The notes below the pieces were generated by a model. The model was not told where the DNA came from, did no database searches, and saw only the letters and a list, made by a program, of their open reading frames with translations. 64,000 bases of DNA, from positions 58,344,001-58,408,000 of the forward strand of contig NC_058368.1 of NCBI RefSeq assembly GCF_018350175.1. Direction: 5' to 3'. This DNA comes from Felis catus (Eukaryota). Each line of letters begins with the position of its first letter. Positions within the stretch are counted from its first letter, which is position 1. Below, piece after piece: positions 25,113 to 37,984 of this stretch. The position numbers were made by a program, and so were the translations under genes.

Positions 25113-26079
25113 AGATGGTATTATTCTCAGGTCCCATATCCTTTGCATAGTTCCTCTAGTTTCAAATACTTCATGTATATAACTTCATGACAGAACAGAT
25201 TGTATGCTAAAACCACTTTCCTGAACTTCATAATTTTAGTTCACATGGATTCCTCATTTGAGTAGAGTGCCTTTTAGAGTTCCATGGCAGAGAACATAAT
25301 ACACTCTAGCTGGTTTGAGTAGAGTGAGCTTCCTTAATTGTTAGGAAGACACAAGACTGCTTCATCACTCAACATCCATTAGTTGATAAACCTTTTGGAT
25401 TTTACTTTTAAATATTTTTCATATATTTTTGCTCATATAAGTCATCATAATTTTGATCTATAAAGCTTATTCTCAGCCTGTTAAAATACTTGTCAGATTG
25501 AGCACAAGTTTTACCTATCTGTAAAACATCTGTCATATTTCAAAATTTATACATGACTGTTACTTTCCTGTGGAAGACACATGTACAAAAAAATGGGGAG
25601 GCAGGACTGTCTTTTATATCCATGATTAAATTCAGGTTCTAACTTTGGCACATTTATTAGTTTATTTTAATTTGCAAGGAACACAACATACAAGAATTAC
25701 TCCAATTAGTTGAGGTTCATTGTAAGAATTGGAAAGTAATGTATTCAGTAGCGAAACAACTACCTTCAAGACAAAAATTATCATGATTTCAGACTTGTAT
25801 GCAAAGTTGCTTATTTATCATAATTTATTTTTAAAAATGAAATAACTTTTTCTTTATAGCTGCCTTGATCCCCACTTCTTCTTTCTCATAATAAATTAAT
25901 AAATGGCACTACCACCTATAAAATTAATCAAGTTAGAATCATGGGGATTATTCCTGGCCATCTTCCTCTCTGAACCCCTCCTATCACGTATGGCATGTTC
26001 CAGTAAGTTCTGCCTAAAACATAATCTCAATTCCATGAGTAATCACTGTGCAGCCTAGCTTTCACGGACATACAGTGGA

Positions 26080-26400
26080 CAAAAGACAGAATACACAACT
26101 GGAAGCAGGAACAAATTCTGAAGGGCTTCAAATAATTGACCTTTGGGTAAGACCTTTAAGTGTGTGTATATAAACTGATAAAATATATTTACAGACATTT
26201 AAAATTAGCAGAAAATCAGACACTACGAAAACCAGACTTGAAAAAGATCCCAGAATTAATAAGAATTAAAGTATCATCTTTGGAATTGAAAATTCTGTGG
26301 ATGATTTCAGTAAAAAATTAAACATAGCTGAAGAATTCAGTAAGAAAATAGGTCAAACTATCCAAAATATATGAAGCATAGTGCAATAGAGAGGTGAAAC
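26080..26400 (+). mobile_element. Ancient L1/HAL1 ORF1-region fragment
   Basis: A-rich CAGACTTGAAAAAGA...GAATTGAAAATTCTGTGGATG...TTAAACATAGCTGAAGAA resembles the ORF1 coiled-coil region. Confidence 0.5.
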
Positions 26401-26820
26401 CTATAAATGTTTTTCCTAAGTACCCATCTTTGCCTCTCTGCTCATCTTTTAAAGCCTGTCAGTCCCTTAGCTGTATATGTGATACTTACCTGACACATTC
26501 TGCTTTATAATTCTGTTCAGAATGACATAGTTGGACTGGTAGTTTCTAATGATAGTAATATTGGCAATGGAAAAAGTAGGAAGATAAATTATTCAGAGGC
26601 ATTCTAGCCTTCCATAACATGTTCACTAACACCAAAAAGCAATCACTTATGCTGCCTACATGAAGACCAAGTGAAAATAGTCATCTTGAACTGTGTTTCA
26701 CTCAAATATACATACTTTCTAAATTATACTATAAAATTCCAGACTTCTTCAGGTTTACTTTTTTGACTGAAAATGCAAACTATATTTTGAAAACTATTTT
26801 ACTTCAGTATTAAACATTTT

Positions 26821-27024
26821 ATTTTATTTTATTTTATTAATGTTTATTTTTGAGAGAGACAGAGACAGAATGTGAGTGGGGGAAGAGCAGAGAGACAGGG
26901 AGACACAGAATCCAAAGCAGGCTCTAGGCTCTGAGCTGTCAGCACAGAGCCCGAAGCGGTGCTCAAACCCACGGACCATGAGATCATGACCGATGCTTAA
27001 CCAAATGAGCCACCCAGATGCCCC
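26821..27024 (-). mobile_element. Carnivore SINE with small internal deletion
   Basis: SINE body; GAGATCATGACC joins directly to GATGCTTAACC; TSD TAAACATTTT. Confidence 0.93.
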
Positions 27025-27254
27025 AGTAGTAAACATTTTAAATATCTCAGAATAAAAATGATACAATCTAAGTTCAAATTCCAAATATTATTTGTTGGCA
27101 TTTTTTAAAATTTGGTGATAATTTTATAATATACTCATGTTAGCTTAGTATCTAGTTTCCTTAAAAGTTTGAAACTATGTACTAAGGTCAGATTTATTAG
27201 AATGGCATACATTTAGTTAACCATTTATTAAAAAGAGAGAATTAAGTTAATTTT

Positions 27255-27296
27255 AGATAGATAGATAGATAGATAGATGATAGATAGATATAGATA
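27255..27296. repeat. (GATA)n microsatellite
   Basis: Direct reading. Confidence 0.95.
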
Positions 27297-28820
27297 TTCT
27301 TTTCTTCATCAGATCCTCAAAATAGTAGAGCTTAAATTTATTTAGAAGTACTTTTTCTTTCTAAATTTTAGCATATCATGTATCCTTATATCAACTAAAT
27401 ATCAAAGGATTATTAGAAAAAAAGTTATGTTTCTTATAATTTTGGCAAGAAATGATTTCACATTTTTGGGTAATTCTGTTTCAGGGAAACACATGTAAAA
27501 GCAAAATTAAGGAGCAGGAAGGATTTTGTTAGTTTCTGACTTTCTTAGACCTGCCAAAATATGTTAGTTTTGCCCAATAGCTGCCAATTCAATTCCTGAA
27601 ATAGGTGGCCTTTAGATTTTTCATTATCTGCAATATGTAAAGTTCAAAGATATTGTTATTTTTGTTCTAGATAAAATTTATAAGCTATTGTCAATTGGAT
27701 ATTCTTGATGCTCCTTCTTACTTTGTATCACTGTGTGGCATGGCTTTTGGTGTGCTTTCCTGATTAGCACTCTGTGCATTTGCATAGCTTAGAAAACTGC
27801 CTTCAACCTATGTCCACTTGGTTATGTCTTTGACATGAGAGTGTAGTCAGTTCCATTCCAAGGAAACTTACTTCGCCAACTTTTTTCTTTTCTTCCACTC
27901 ATACAGACAGCTGACTGTGCCATAGCTGGAATTGTTTCCTGGAACCACGTCAGCACAACCCCACTTGCTTAGTATTCCTAAAACTTAAACACATTTCCAT
28001 GTCCAATATGCCTACTATATCTCTTTGAATAGTTTTCTAACTATAAAGTGAAAGTTTGGTTTGCCACAAAATCTTTGGACACAAAATATAGTTCTAGGCT
28101 ACTGATACTTCCTTGGATCCAACTCTATAAAAAATTCTGTATCTTTAGTCTTGGACCTTACCAGTAGCTATATGTGATATCTGCACTGGGCTTTATGAAT
28201 GTTTTCAATAAATAACAAACAGACACAATATTGGCAAAACTGTCTAAAGTAAGAGGAAATGAGGATGCTATAATGGATTTATTATGTAAGACTAGATAAC
28301 CTACCACCTGATTATGTTCTCTTGGAGTGTCTAAATAATCTTTTCATTTAAGATAGTAAGGAATCTGCTAAGGGAGATAGCAACATCTCTGAGAATCTTG
28401 ATGATGGCTGTTGTCTGCATGGTGTGATTCTCAGTAGGAGGATAATATCGTATAAAAACTAATAATCAGCATATATGGTGGGATTTTGAAAAGGCAGACC
28501 AGCCAGCAACACTTGATCTTTCGAGGCAAGCTGGACAAAATTAATATAGTGGGTAGTGTGACTTGAGTGTCTACCATGATAAATTGATCTTTAGGACACT
28601 GTGATAATAACTAAATAGATTTTTGATTTCCTAGAAAGGAGATAGGCAGCCAACTATGGTATGTTTTGATTTGTATGATGCAAAGCTCAAGAGCTAGTGA
28701 GCAGCTATGGTAATGGAAAAGAGTGGTCCTTCCTCCACTTTTCAAATCTAATGTAGTTCAAAAATCTAAATAATGTCACAAATCCATAGCCTGTTGTTTA
28801 AACTCATGGCCAGGTATGTG

Positions 28821-29690
28821 ACCAGAAGACATGAGTAGACACTTTTTCAAAGAAGACATCCAAATGGCAAACAGACACATGAAAGGTACTAAAAATCACT
28901 CATCATCAGGGAAATACAAATCAAAACCACAATGAGATACCACTTCACACTTGTCAGAATGGCCAAAATTGACAACTCAGGAAACAACAGATGTTGTAGA
29001 AGATGCAGAGAAAGGGGAACCTTTTTGTACTGTTGGCAGGAAAGGAAACTGGGGCAGCCACTCTGGAAAACAGTATGAAGCTTCCTCAAAAAGTTAAAAA
29101 TAGAGCTAACCTACGACCCAACAACTACCCTACTAGGAATTTATCCAAAGGATAAAAAAATGCTGATTCAAAAGGGCACATGCATCCCAGTGTTTATACC
29201 AGCACTATCAATAATAACCAAAGTATGGAAAGAGCCCAAATATCTGATGGATGAATGGATAGAGAGTATGTGGTGTATATATAGACAATGGAGTACTACT
29301 TGGCAATGAAAAAAATGAAATCTTGCCATTTGCCACAATGCAGATGAAACTAGAGAGTATCATGCTAAGCAAAATAAGTCAGAGAAAGACGGATATCCTA
29401 TGATTTCACTCATATGTGGAGTTTGAGAAACTTAACAGATGAACATAGGGGAAGGGAAGGAAAAATAAGATAAAAATAGACTCTTAAAAGGGACTCTTAA
29501 GTCCCTCTTAAAAGGGACTCTTAAATACAGAGAACAAACTGAGGATTGCTGGTGGGGCAGGGTGGGTTAAATGGGTGATGGGCATTAAGGAGGGCACTTG
29601 TGATGAGCACTGGGTGTCATATGTAAAAAAGGAATCACTGGGTTCTACACCTGAAGCCAAAACTACACTGTATGTTAACTAACTTGAATT
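28821..29690 (+). mobile_element. Carnivore L1, 5'-truncated (ORF2 C-terminus plus 3' UTR), inserted in the ERV-L
   Basis: AAAGAAGACATCCAAATGGC, CATCAGGGAAATACAAATCAAAACCACAATGAGATACCAC, CAGCCACTCTGGAAAACAGTATG, GGGCATTAAGGAGGGCACTTG...TATGTTAACTAACTTGAATT. Confidence 0.95.
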
Positions 29691-31136
29691 CACTTGGTAA
29701 GTGAGCAGTGAATTAGTGAATTGCCTCCTAATATTCATCAGTAGGGAGAATCAAAAGCAATGAATGGTTGCCTGGAATGAGTAGCAATTCACATTCATTG
29801 TCTCACCTCAAAGCTGTTACTTCCTTTATTCTTTATTACAGCTTAGTCTGCAGGGACTTAGATCAACTTAACTTTCCTCCAGATTTTTCATTAGTCCAAT
29901 ATATTGATCATGTCACTTTAATTGGATCCAGTGAGTGGGGAGTGTCAAATATCATACAGTATGTAGATAAATGTGTGTCGAAGGGTGGCAGGTAACTCAG
30001 CAGAACTTACATGGCCCTTCACAATGACAAAATCTTTAAGATTCCAGTGGTCTGTGAGGTGCTAGGATATGCTCTTTATGATAAAGAACAAGGTTTTGCA
30101 CCTCTCAGCTCCAAAGAGAAACAATGCTTCATGAAGAATTTTGGATTTTGGAGATAGCACCTACCACATTTGGGACTAGAACTAGAACTAATTGTTTGGG
30201 CAACTCTGAAGGTAGTTGTGAGTGGGATTCAAATGCTCTGCAGCAAATTCAGGCTGTAAAGAAAGCATACCTGTCACTTGATCCATATGGCCCAGTGTAT
30301 TCGATGGTACTTAAGGTATGCATAGTGGGTAAGGATGCTGTATAGAGTCATTGGAAAAACCTAACTGGAGTGTCACAGCATAAACTCCTAGTGTTCTAGA
30401 GAAAGGTAATACCCTTTGTAGCCAAGAATTTTTTTCTCTTTTATCAAAGAGTTTATCAACCTCCTGATATGCTACTAGTTTTTAGTAATGACAATAAATG
30501 ACTGAAACCCAAGTTGTATATACATTAATTCATAAAGTTGTGCAGACCTAGTTGCAATTCATTATATGATGGAAGTGTGCTTTAGAGATCAGGCTCAAAA
30601 AAATTCTGAAGTCACAGTAAAATAGGTGGCTTGGACTCTCATGTCACTTTCTTCTGTTCCTCTTCTTCAACTCCTATCTCTGGCCTCAATGAGAATTTCC
30701 TATGACCAACTGACAGAGTTAAAAAAGGCCTTGGTTGGTTAAGAGATGGGTTAGTGCAATATGTTGCCACTAGCCAGAAAGAACTTCTACCATTTTACAT
30801 CCCCTTTCCTGAATATCACTCCAAAACAGTGGAAAAGAGAAATCCTTCCACTGGACAGAGCTAGGATGAACTTAGCCACATCAAATTAACATGGGGGAAA
30901 GACAACTTGAAGTACTGGTACATTCTGACTCTCAGGCACTGTTGGCCAGTTTGATTAGGAGACAGTAGAGAAAAATACTGGGAGATATGATCAAAGAAGT
31001 CTTGGGGAAGAGTTAAATGAATGGACTTATAAGACCATTCTCATATGTAAAGTGTACATATCATTTTGTCCCACATTAATTCCCAACAGAGAACATTTAT
31101 CCCCAAAGAATATCTCACAACCCATATGGATAGGAA

Positions 31137-31308
31137 CAGGGGTGGCTTCACGGATGTGTAATCCATATAGTCACACATGTCTTCACATTCAGAAGGCTCC
31201 ACATTTAGTTTAATACACTGCCATCACCTTCAAATGCAGAGGGATTTTTCAGAGAGGGTCCTAAGTTTTCATTTTGCACTGGGCCCCACAAATTATGTCA
31301 GCGATCTT
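31137..31308 (+). mobile_element. MER45A-like hAT MITE nested in the ERV-L
   Basis: CAGGGGTGGCTTCACGG...TTTTCATTTTGCACTGGGCCCCACAAATTATGT. Confidence 0.85.
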
Positions 31309-31489
31309 AAACAGCGTGACTTGCCCCATGGATGACAACTTGCCTCTATTATATGCAACTCCAGTATTTATACTAAAGTTGTGATTTTGACAGTGATAGA
31401 GACTATTAATGGACTTCAAACCCCAGTACTTTGTCATCAATGCTGATCTTTTTACTTGCACTTTAGAATATCCAAGTAGATAGTAGTTA

Positions 31490-31669
31490 AAATGGCCAGA
31501 TAATATATACAATGTCAATTTAAATGTGAATTCTAAATAAACAATTGGCTTTTTGTTTGTTTTAGTATATGTGGAATATACTCATACAAAAAAAAATATG
31601 TGTTGTATGTGTGAAATTCAAATATAACGGTGTATTTTACATTTTTAGGTGCTAAAGCTGTCAACCCTA
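31490..31669. mobile_element. MER53-like palindromic hAT MITE nested in the ERV-L
   Basis: GCCAGATAA...TTAAATGTGAATTCTAAATAAACAA...TTTTAGTATA / TGAAATTCAAATATAAC...GCTAAAGCTGTCAACCCTA. Confidence 0.8.
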
Positions 31670-32487
31670 CCAGCACTACAAACACAAAATACTCAATTGA
31701 GCATGACTTTTTTTTTTTTTTTTTTTTTTTGGTGTGCTATCTATTCAACTAAATGGTGTTAGGTTGATTAAATCAACCAATTCTACCTTGGAAGTAAAAA
31801 CAATATATTCTTATAGAAATCAATGCATATTCTAGAGAGAATTTTTCTTTCTTATCTGAGATGTTTCCATCTGTACGGTTATCAAGGTGTTACAGAATCC
31901 TTGGAACACCTTATGCCACAGATGCACTCAGGTTAATGCACTGATTATATTTCAACGTCAGTGAGACAACAGGCTCTTGACAATGGAATTCACTGGTCTT
32001 ACTATGTTCCCCAGAACCAAGAAGCAGGTGGCCTGATAGAATGCTATAATATCTCACTGAAGACTCAACTAAGGATTCAGATAGAGAGATTTTTACTTTG
32101 GGATTTGAATGGTGTCTTGTAGGATGTGGCATATGAATCTGATGGTAATCACATGACACTTTGTCAGTAGCAAGAATATATTATCTAAAAGCAATGGAGG
32201 AAGGTAGAAGTAAATCCTTTTACTATCACTTGCATGAGCCACCTTTACACTCTGTCCCCACAAATTTAGGCTCTTCTGAGTTAGAGACCTCAATTTCCAG
32301 GTCAGTGCCCCCACCGATGAACACAATAAGAATTCCACTGAACTGGAGGCTTAAACTACTATTTGGTCACTTTGGGTTTATTCTGCTGGCTGATATAATT
32401 AAGTCAGATTATCAAAAAGATAAATGTTGCTTTTGCACCTTGGGGTTCTGGGATAATTATGTCCACAATCAAAATAATTCACTCAGT

Positions 32488-32718
32488 GGGCTTGTGGATG
32501 CCTCAGTTGGTTAAGCGCCAGACTCTGGATTTTGGCTCAGGTCATGATCTTCGGGTTGGTGAGCTGGAGCCCTGTGTTGGGCTCTGCACTGGCAGTGCAG
32601 TGCCTGCTTGGGTTTCTTTCTCTCTCACTCCATCTCTGCCCCTCCCTTGCTTGTGCTCTCTCTAAATAAATAAATAAACTTAAAAAAATCCAAACCAAAA
32701 AAAAAAAAAAAAAAAAAA
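32488..32718 (+). mobile_element. Carnivore SINE nested in the ERV-L
   Basis: SINE body, long A-tail, TSD AATTCACT. Confidence 0.92.
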
Positions 32719-32886
32719 GAATTCACTTGGGAATTTCTTTTTGTTTGTGTACTCAAGTATTAAAAGAAACAAACAAACAGTAAAATATTATTTTGGCAAT
32801 TAATTTCAGTATCCAAGTCCTCTGATGTTATAGTGACAAAGTCCTGGGAGTATTATGCCAGCATACCTGAAAGTAAGGGGGTGGAT

Positions 32887-33163
32887 TTTAGCAAATGAGA
32901 TGGAATTAGAAGTTTCCAGCAGATACATTGTTATGTATTCTCTCCTATATGGGCTATTCCAAATGCATTTGTTTCCAATGATCTTTTAAGAGATATCCAG
33001 TATGGTCAAGCAATCAGCTTTGTTTGTTGGAAATCTATGGCCAAGTTTGCTGCCGAATTTCCCATTTTCTCTTACTTGAATTTCTCCGGGAACACACCCC
33101 TCAAAAAATTTTAACACACAAGCTTTGACCTAGATTCTGTTTTAAAAAGAAAACTATGTAAAG
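32887..33163 (+). mobile_element. Probable 3' LTR of the ERV-L (LTR16-like), degenerate
   Basis: Directly follows the PPT; 3' part CCGGGAACACACCCCTCAAAAAA...CCTAGATTCTGTTTT resembles LTR16-type ends. Confidence 0.55.
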
Positions 33164-33499
33164 GGGCTGCTTTTACTTTTTGCTGAATTATGACTTTTTA
33201 AAAATTATTTTATCATTGATATTATTTTTTAACCCTCATTTCACTGTAAATGGTCCCCACACAAAGAATCCAGTTACTTATACATAACAATCAATATACT
33301 AGTGGTAGAATTTTAATACAATGCTGCTTCAGGGGCCAAGTGTACTATTTCTTCTACAACTCTTTCATATAATCATTATTATGCTTTATTGTTAGTAAAG
33401 CATAAAACTATTAGAATTAACCATTAGAAAAAACACTTTCCCTACCCATCACTGTGTCCAGGCATTTTTAAAAAGAGTTAAGCCCCATCTTGATCCAGG

Positions 33500-33890
33500 G
33501 AAATAGTTTTAAGTTTGGCACCCAAAGGAGATAACATCTGTATAAAAAGATTTGCTAGATCCTTCTAACTTGTATCAGCTGACTTTGGAGAGCAATAGTG
33601 GAACAGGATTCTAAAAGGATCATACAAAGATGGACAATGTAAAGCTGTATAATTTTGAATCTATTAAATTATGCATTTAGAATATAATGTATTAACATGA
33701 GTTATTGGATCAAACAGTTGGATTCATTAATTATTTAAAATCTCGATGCAATACTGACCTTTGATTAATAAGGTTGAGGAGTTATATACCACAACAAATG
33801 AGTCTGAAGGGTTAAGGGAAACAATGTGTTGAAATGATTTTATTATATGCAAACTTCTCAGTCACTATAGTTATCCTCTGGATAGTGTAG
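33500..33890 (+). mobile_element. Second ERV-L/MaLR gag-like internal fragment
   Basis: GGAGAGCAATAGTGGAACAGGATTCTAAAAGG...AAGGGTTAAGGGAAACAATGTGTTGAAATGATTTTATTAT resembles ERV-L gag. Confidence 0.5.
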
Positions 33891-33905
33891 ATAAAACCAA
33901 ATTTC

Positions 33906-34050
33906 AAAGAAAGAAAAGAAAAGAAGAGAAGAGAAGAGCAGAGAAAAGAAGAGCAGAGAAAAGAAAAGAAAACAGGAGAGAAGAAAAGAAAAAAAAGAGA
34001 AGAGAAGAAAAGAAAAGAAAAAAGGAAAGGGGGGAGGGGAGGAGGAAGGG
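33906..34050. repeat. (GAAAA/GAGAA)n purine-rich microsatellite
   Basis: Direct reading. Confidence 0.95.
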
Positions 34051-34399
34051 TGTAAGTACAATTATGTGAAATAAGTATTCTACAGTTTCTTTATATCTGT
34101 GTTGTTATGTTCCATCTGATGTGCATCCCTTACATCTTAGGATCTATGAGTACATTATATTGCATAATTTACACTGATTATTATTTCTCTACTTCCTCTA
34201 TCTCTCCCCCCAAGTTCTCTCTTGCCTGGCATGAAGAGTTCTGGAACTAGCAAATGTTATATTTTATGTTTTACTGGTGGCTTTATGATTTTAATTGGCA
34301 TCATCCCATGGTGATTTAATAACTTGTTAGGACTGTGTATACCCTCTATTGAATATGGTTTTCTTAATTTGAGCAAAGGAAGAAAGTAAAAAGCTAAAT

Positions 34400-34884
34400 G
34401 ACAAAGGCACAACTGTGCCTTTTGCTTTTGCATCTTTCCATACTCTTTACCTTTCTCTGTAAAGAAAGGCCCAGGAGGCCGATCTCTGCAGACTGCCTTC
34501 CTGATGTTCCCGAGGGCTGACTTCTGGTTATTTGGGTAATAGTGGACCACCAGAGGGATCAGAGGAAAGAAGGAGGGGACAGCTCTTATCCATCCTCCTC
34601 GCTATAGGCAATACTCTCTGGTTGTGGCTATATCCACTTACCTCTGTAGCATTCCTTAGGTAGCCCTTTTTCTCTGGCTCTGTCTCTTTCACTAGGCTTC
34701 AGCGGCATTATTTTCTCCTGTGTTTTTTTTCTGATGTAAGGTCAGTAATAACATATTAGTATCTACCTCAACACCCTTTGTTATTTCCCATAACCCTCCT
34801 CTTACTCCTGTAAACATTTTCTTTACTAAAGACTCGTGAAAAATCTGAGTAGAATCTGTTTCCTGTTGGGACCTTGACCGATAC
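34400..34884 (+). mobile_element. ERV-L LTR (LTR33-like)
   Basis: CCAGGAGGCCGATCTCTGCAGACTGC...GGGCTGACTTCTGGTT...terminal ATCTGTTTCCTGTTGGGACCTTGACCGATAC. Confidence 0.7.
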
Positions 34885-36320
34885 TGTACCTACCATTTTC
34901 AATAAGGTGTTTTGGGAATTGAATAGAAGGATAAGAGGCTGACAAGAATACAGAGATTACATGTTCTACACTTTGTAACCTTAACCCTGACCATGGGAAA
35001 GGTTTCTCATACTTTGAGCTCTTCAAAAGAATCTATATAAATCCAAGGCTTCTCCTTATAATTCTTGTTTTCTTTGAACTTGCTAAAGTTTAAATCCCTA
35101 CAGCCGTGCCAAGCAGGGGGCTCCAAATGGACCTCTGCTGTTTTAATAAAAGGAACAAAAAAAAAGGAGACAAAAATAATGAAGTAAAAGGCCCTGAAAA
35201 GTAATTCATTGTGAGATTCTGGGGTGTTGGCAGAGAAAGAAAATCAGTAATAAAAAAAAAAGTAGATACTGAAAAGCTTAGACTTTATTTAAAAAATACA
35301 ATCTTTTTAGATGTTATTTTATTTGAACTGTTATTTGCTTACAATATTTATAAAAATTAGATGTATAGCTACCTTTTCATTTGTTTTTAAGAATTTACTT
35401 TTCAAATACCATAATGGGGATAGCACCATGTTTTAAGCTTGCAGAGTGACAATTGTAAAATATGGTGTTCTAATCTCTGTAGGTGCTGAAATCACAAGAA
35501 CTGTAGGGGAATTGTGTCATTATATATAAAGTAATAGAAATCCTGGCCTTATTATTTTTTAAACTTTGATCTATCCAGCCAAATAGGTTAATAAAATAAG
35601 GGACTCAGGATGGATTTCTCTTCCAGTGAAAAGTCTAAAAACAGAGTATGGTTGGACAATTCTGAATCATTATAAGATTAAAGAGCCATCTGCGGCTTCA
35701 AGGCAAGTTTTATCCACATAAAGACCCAGTGGAGTGGCAATGGATGCCTGGCTTGCTATGTTACTGACATTTCTTAAAAGGAAAAATAATGATTAGAGTA
35801 TCTTGGTTGGATACTATTGGGAAAGTGAATTTTCTGGTAATTTTGCTCACAAGAGCAAAGCTAATGATTTCTCATTGCAGTTAACCAATGTACAGAGCCA
35901 CCAACTGGACCTGTGTAAGGATGGATATCAGCCTCATTTTAGTGATGACCTATGCATTGGATACTGTTAAATCATAATGCTAGAAAAGGTCTATCTGAAC
36001 TTTGAAGAATTAGAGTTATACATGCAATATGATATCCTATCATAAAACTTGAACTTCAGCTTTTGGTTTTTCTATATTGTCCTGTATAATAAAAATCCTG
36101 ACTCTGGAAAAAAATGTTTTTCTACACATCCATAATTTCAAAAACATCAGGAAGGAGTACCATGTGAAATTAGGCTAATGATAGAGCACTGGTTAACTCA
36201 TATCACTGTGATCTAAGATCAAAGACTTTATCTGATTTATGTTTTTAAAATTTTTTTATCAATTTATATACAAAGATTTAAAACATTAAAGTCTTACCAT
36301 TCTTAGCTCTTTTTTATGTT

Positions 36321-36540
36321 TTAAATTTTTGTTAATGCTTATTTATTTTTGAGAGAGACAGAGAGAGCATGAGCAGGGGAGGGGGAGGGTCAGAGAGAGA
36401 GGGAGACACAGAATCTGAAGCAGGCTCCTGGCTCTGAGCTGTCAGCACAGAGCCTGCCGCAGAGCTTCAACCCACTGACTGCAAAATCATGACCTGAGCC
36501 AAAGTCAGATGCTTAATCAATTGAGCCACCCAGGTGCCCC
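36321..36540 (-). mobile_element. Carnivore SINE
   Basis: (GA)n, ends GAGCCACCCAGGTGCCCC; TSD TTTTTATGTTTT. Confidence 0.95.
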
Positions 36541-37570
36541 AACTCCTTTTTATGTTTTAAATTGTAACATATGTTGGGGGTTCTAAACTGCCAGTAACTT
36601 CTTTACTATATTTAGTTTACTGAAATATAGGTAACAAGAGATTCTCTTAGTAAGCTACAGTATTTATTCTTGGAAAGATCTTCTTGAATCCATTTTCTTT
36701 ATAATGATGAAAAGAATAGAAAAATCTACAAGAACACCTAAGCTTCTCTCTCCCCCATTCCTGAACTTAAATGTAATGCTTTATACCTTTGGGCTCTACC
36801 TTCAAATGTTTGTTTCTTTACAGATTTAGGGTATGGAACAATTCACCCTCATGTTAATCAATGATAAAATGCAGAAAATAATAGTATTCAAATAATCAAG
36901 AGTAGGATAAATGCTATAACGTATATAGAGTGTTTCAGACAGTGGCTGAAACATATTGTAGCTATTCAAAATCAATGGTAAATCCCAAGAAGAATCTTCT
37001 GTTTCCCAGAGCAAATGAAGGCAGAAGAATCTCCTAAGTTCCTGAAAGGCTACAAGCCAAATGTCCCCATTCATCACCTCACAGAATCCTCTAGCTCTCT
37101 GAATTCTTTCACACTTTCACCCCTCCTGATAATGTCCTCCACCTCAACCACTGCTCCTTGTGTGCCTACCGTGCTGAGATACCAGTCGCTGAGGGAAAGA
37201 GGAGCTAAGAGATGGTAGTGACAGGGATATCTGCATTTACCTATTTCTCACTGTATAGTTTATCTCATCTCTGCCTCTACCTCATTCTGACAGGAAGATG
37301 GGGAGGTTATTAATCTGACGCAGGCAACTGACTGGAAATAGGGGAGGGCATGTTGTTTTTTCGTTCCACCTGATACCCTGAACTTGAAAGCTGAAGAAAA
37401 ACTCATCATATTGTTAAATCATTATTTAAAGGACACAGCATCAAGTGTAAAAGAATATGGCCTGAGAAAAATTTACGAACCACAGAATCTATTTTTCTTT
37501 CTCGTGTCTGTAATAAGACAAAGCTTAGAGGAAAGAAGGGGATAAAAGTAAAGAGCTGAAAAGTGTTTTG

Positions 37571-37684
37571 TTCTTTTCTTTTCTTTTCTTTTCTTTTCTT
37601 TTCTTTCCTTTCCTTTCCTTTCCTTTCCTTTCCTTTCCTTTCCTTTCCTTTCCTTTCTTTCTCTCTGTCTCTCTCTCTGTCTCT
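37571..37684. repeat. Compound (TTTTC)n(TTTCC)n(TC)n microsatellite
   Basis: Direct reading. Confidence 0.95.
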
Positions 37685-37984
37685 TAAGTGAGTAGAAGTA
37701 AAGGAAATAAATACAATTCTCAGTCTCCACCCATTGGGTCTCAGCCCTTTGCTGGCACATTCATATGTGTGAAGACCAAGGTTTCCTGCAGGTCCAATAC
37801 CATTTCATCACAATACCCTTGGAAAAAACAATAAAAACAATTCTAATTGGTGGTGAGGCTAAGGCAGAAAGCTGAGGCAAGATTACACCTGGACAAAGCT
37901 GGCTGCCACAACTATGTCTGTAATAAATGGTGACTCATGGAGACAAAAAAGGAGGAAAAGCATAAGACATTTTTGATACACTGG

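Larger units (their letters stand above)
28150..32886 (+). mobile_element. Decayed class III (ERV-L-type) proviral internal region: gag remnant, RT, RNaseH/IN remnants, dUTPase
   Basis: ORF 29768-29995 has LVCRDLDQLNFPPDFSLVQYIDHVTLIG (ERV-L RT, YIDD changed to YIDH); ORF 30124-30345 has ALQQIQAV...LDPYGP..MVLKV..GKDAV; ORF 32161-32514 has PTNLGSSELE...IPLNWRLKLLFGHFG (ERV-L dUTPase, located downstream of IN); PPT-like AAGTAAGGGGGTGGA at ~32871. Confidence 0.85.

Noticed and set aside
29768..32514. Possible intact or domesticated retroviral RT/dUTPase genes
   Set aside because: Short fragments with stops and frameshifts, catalytic YIDD changed to YIDH, and interrupted by several insertions.
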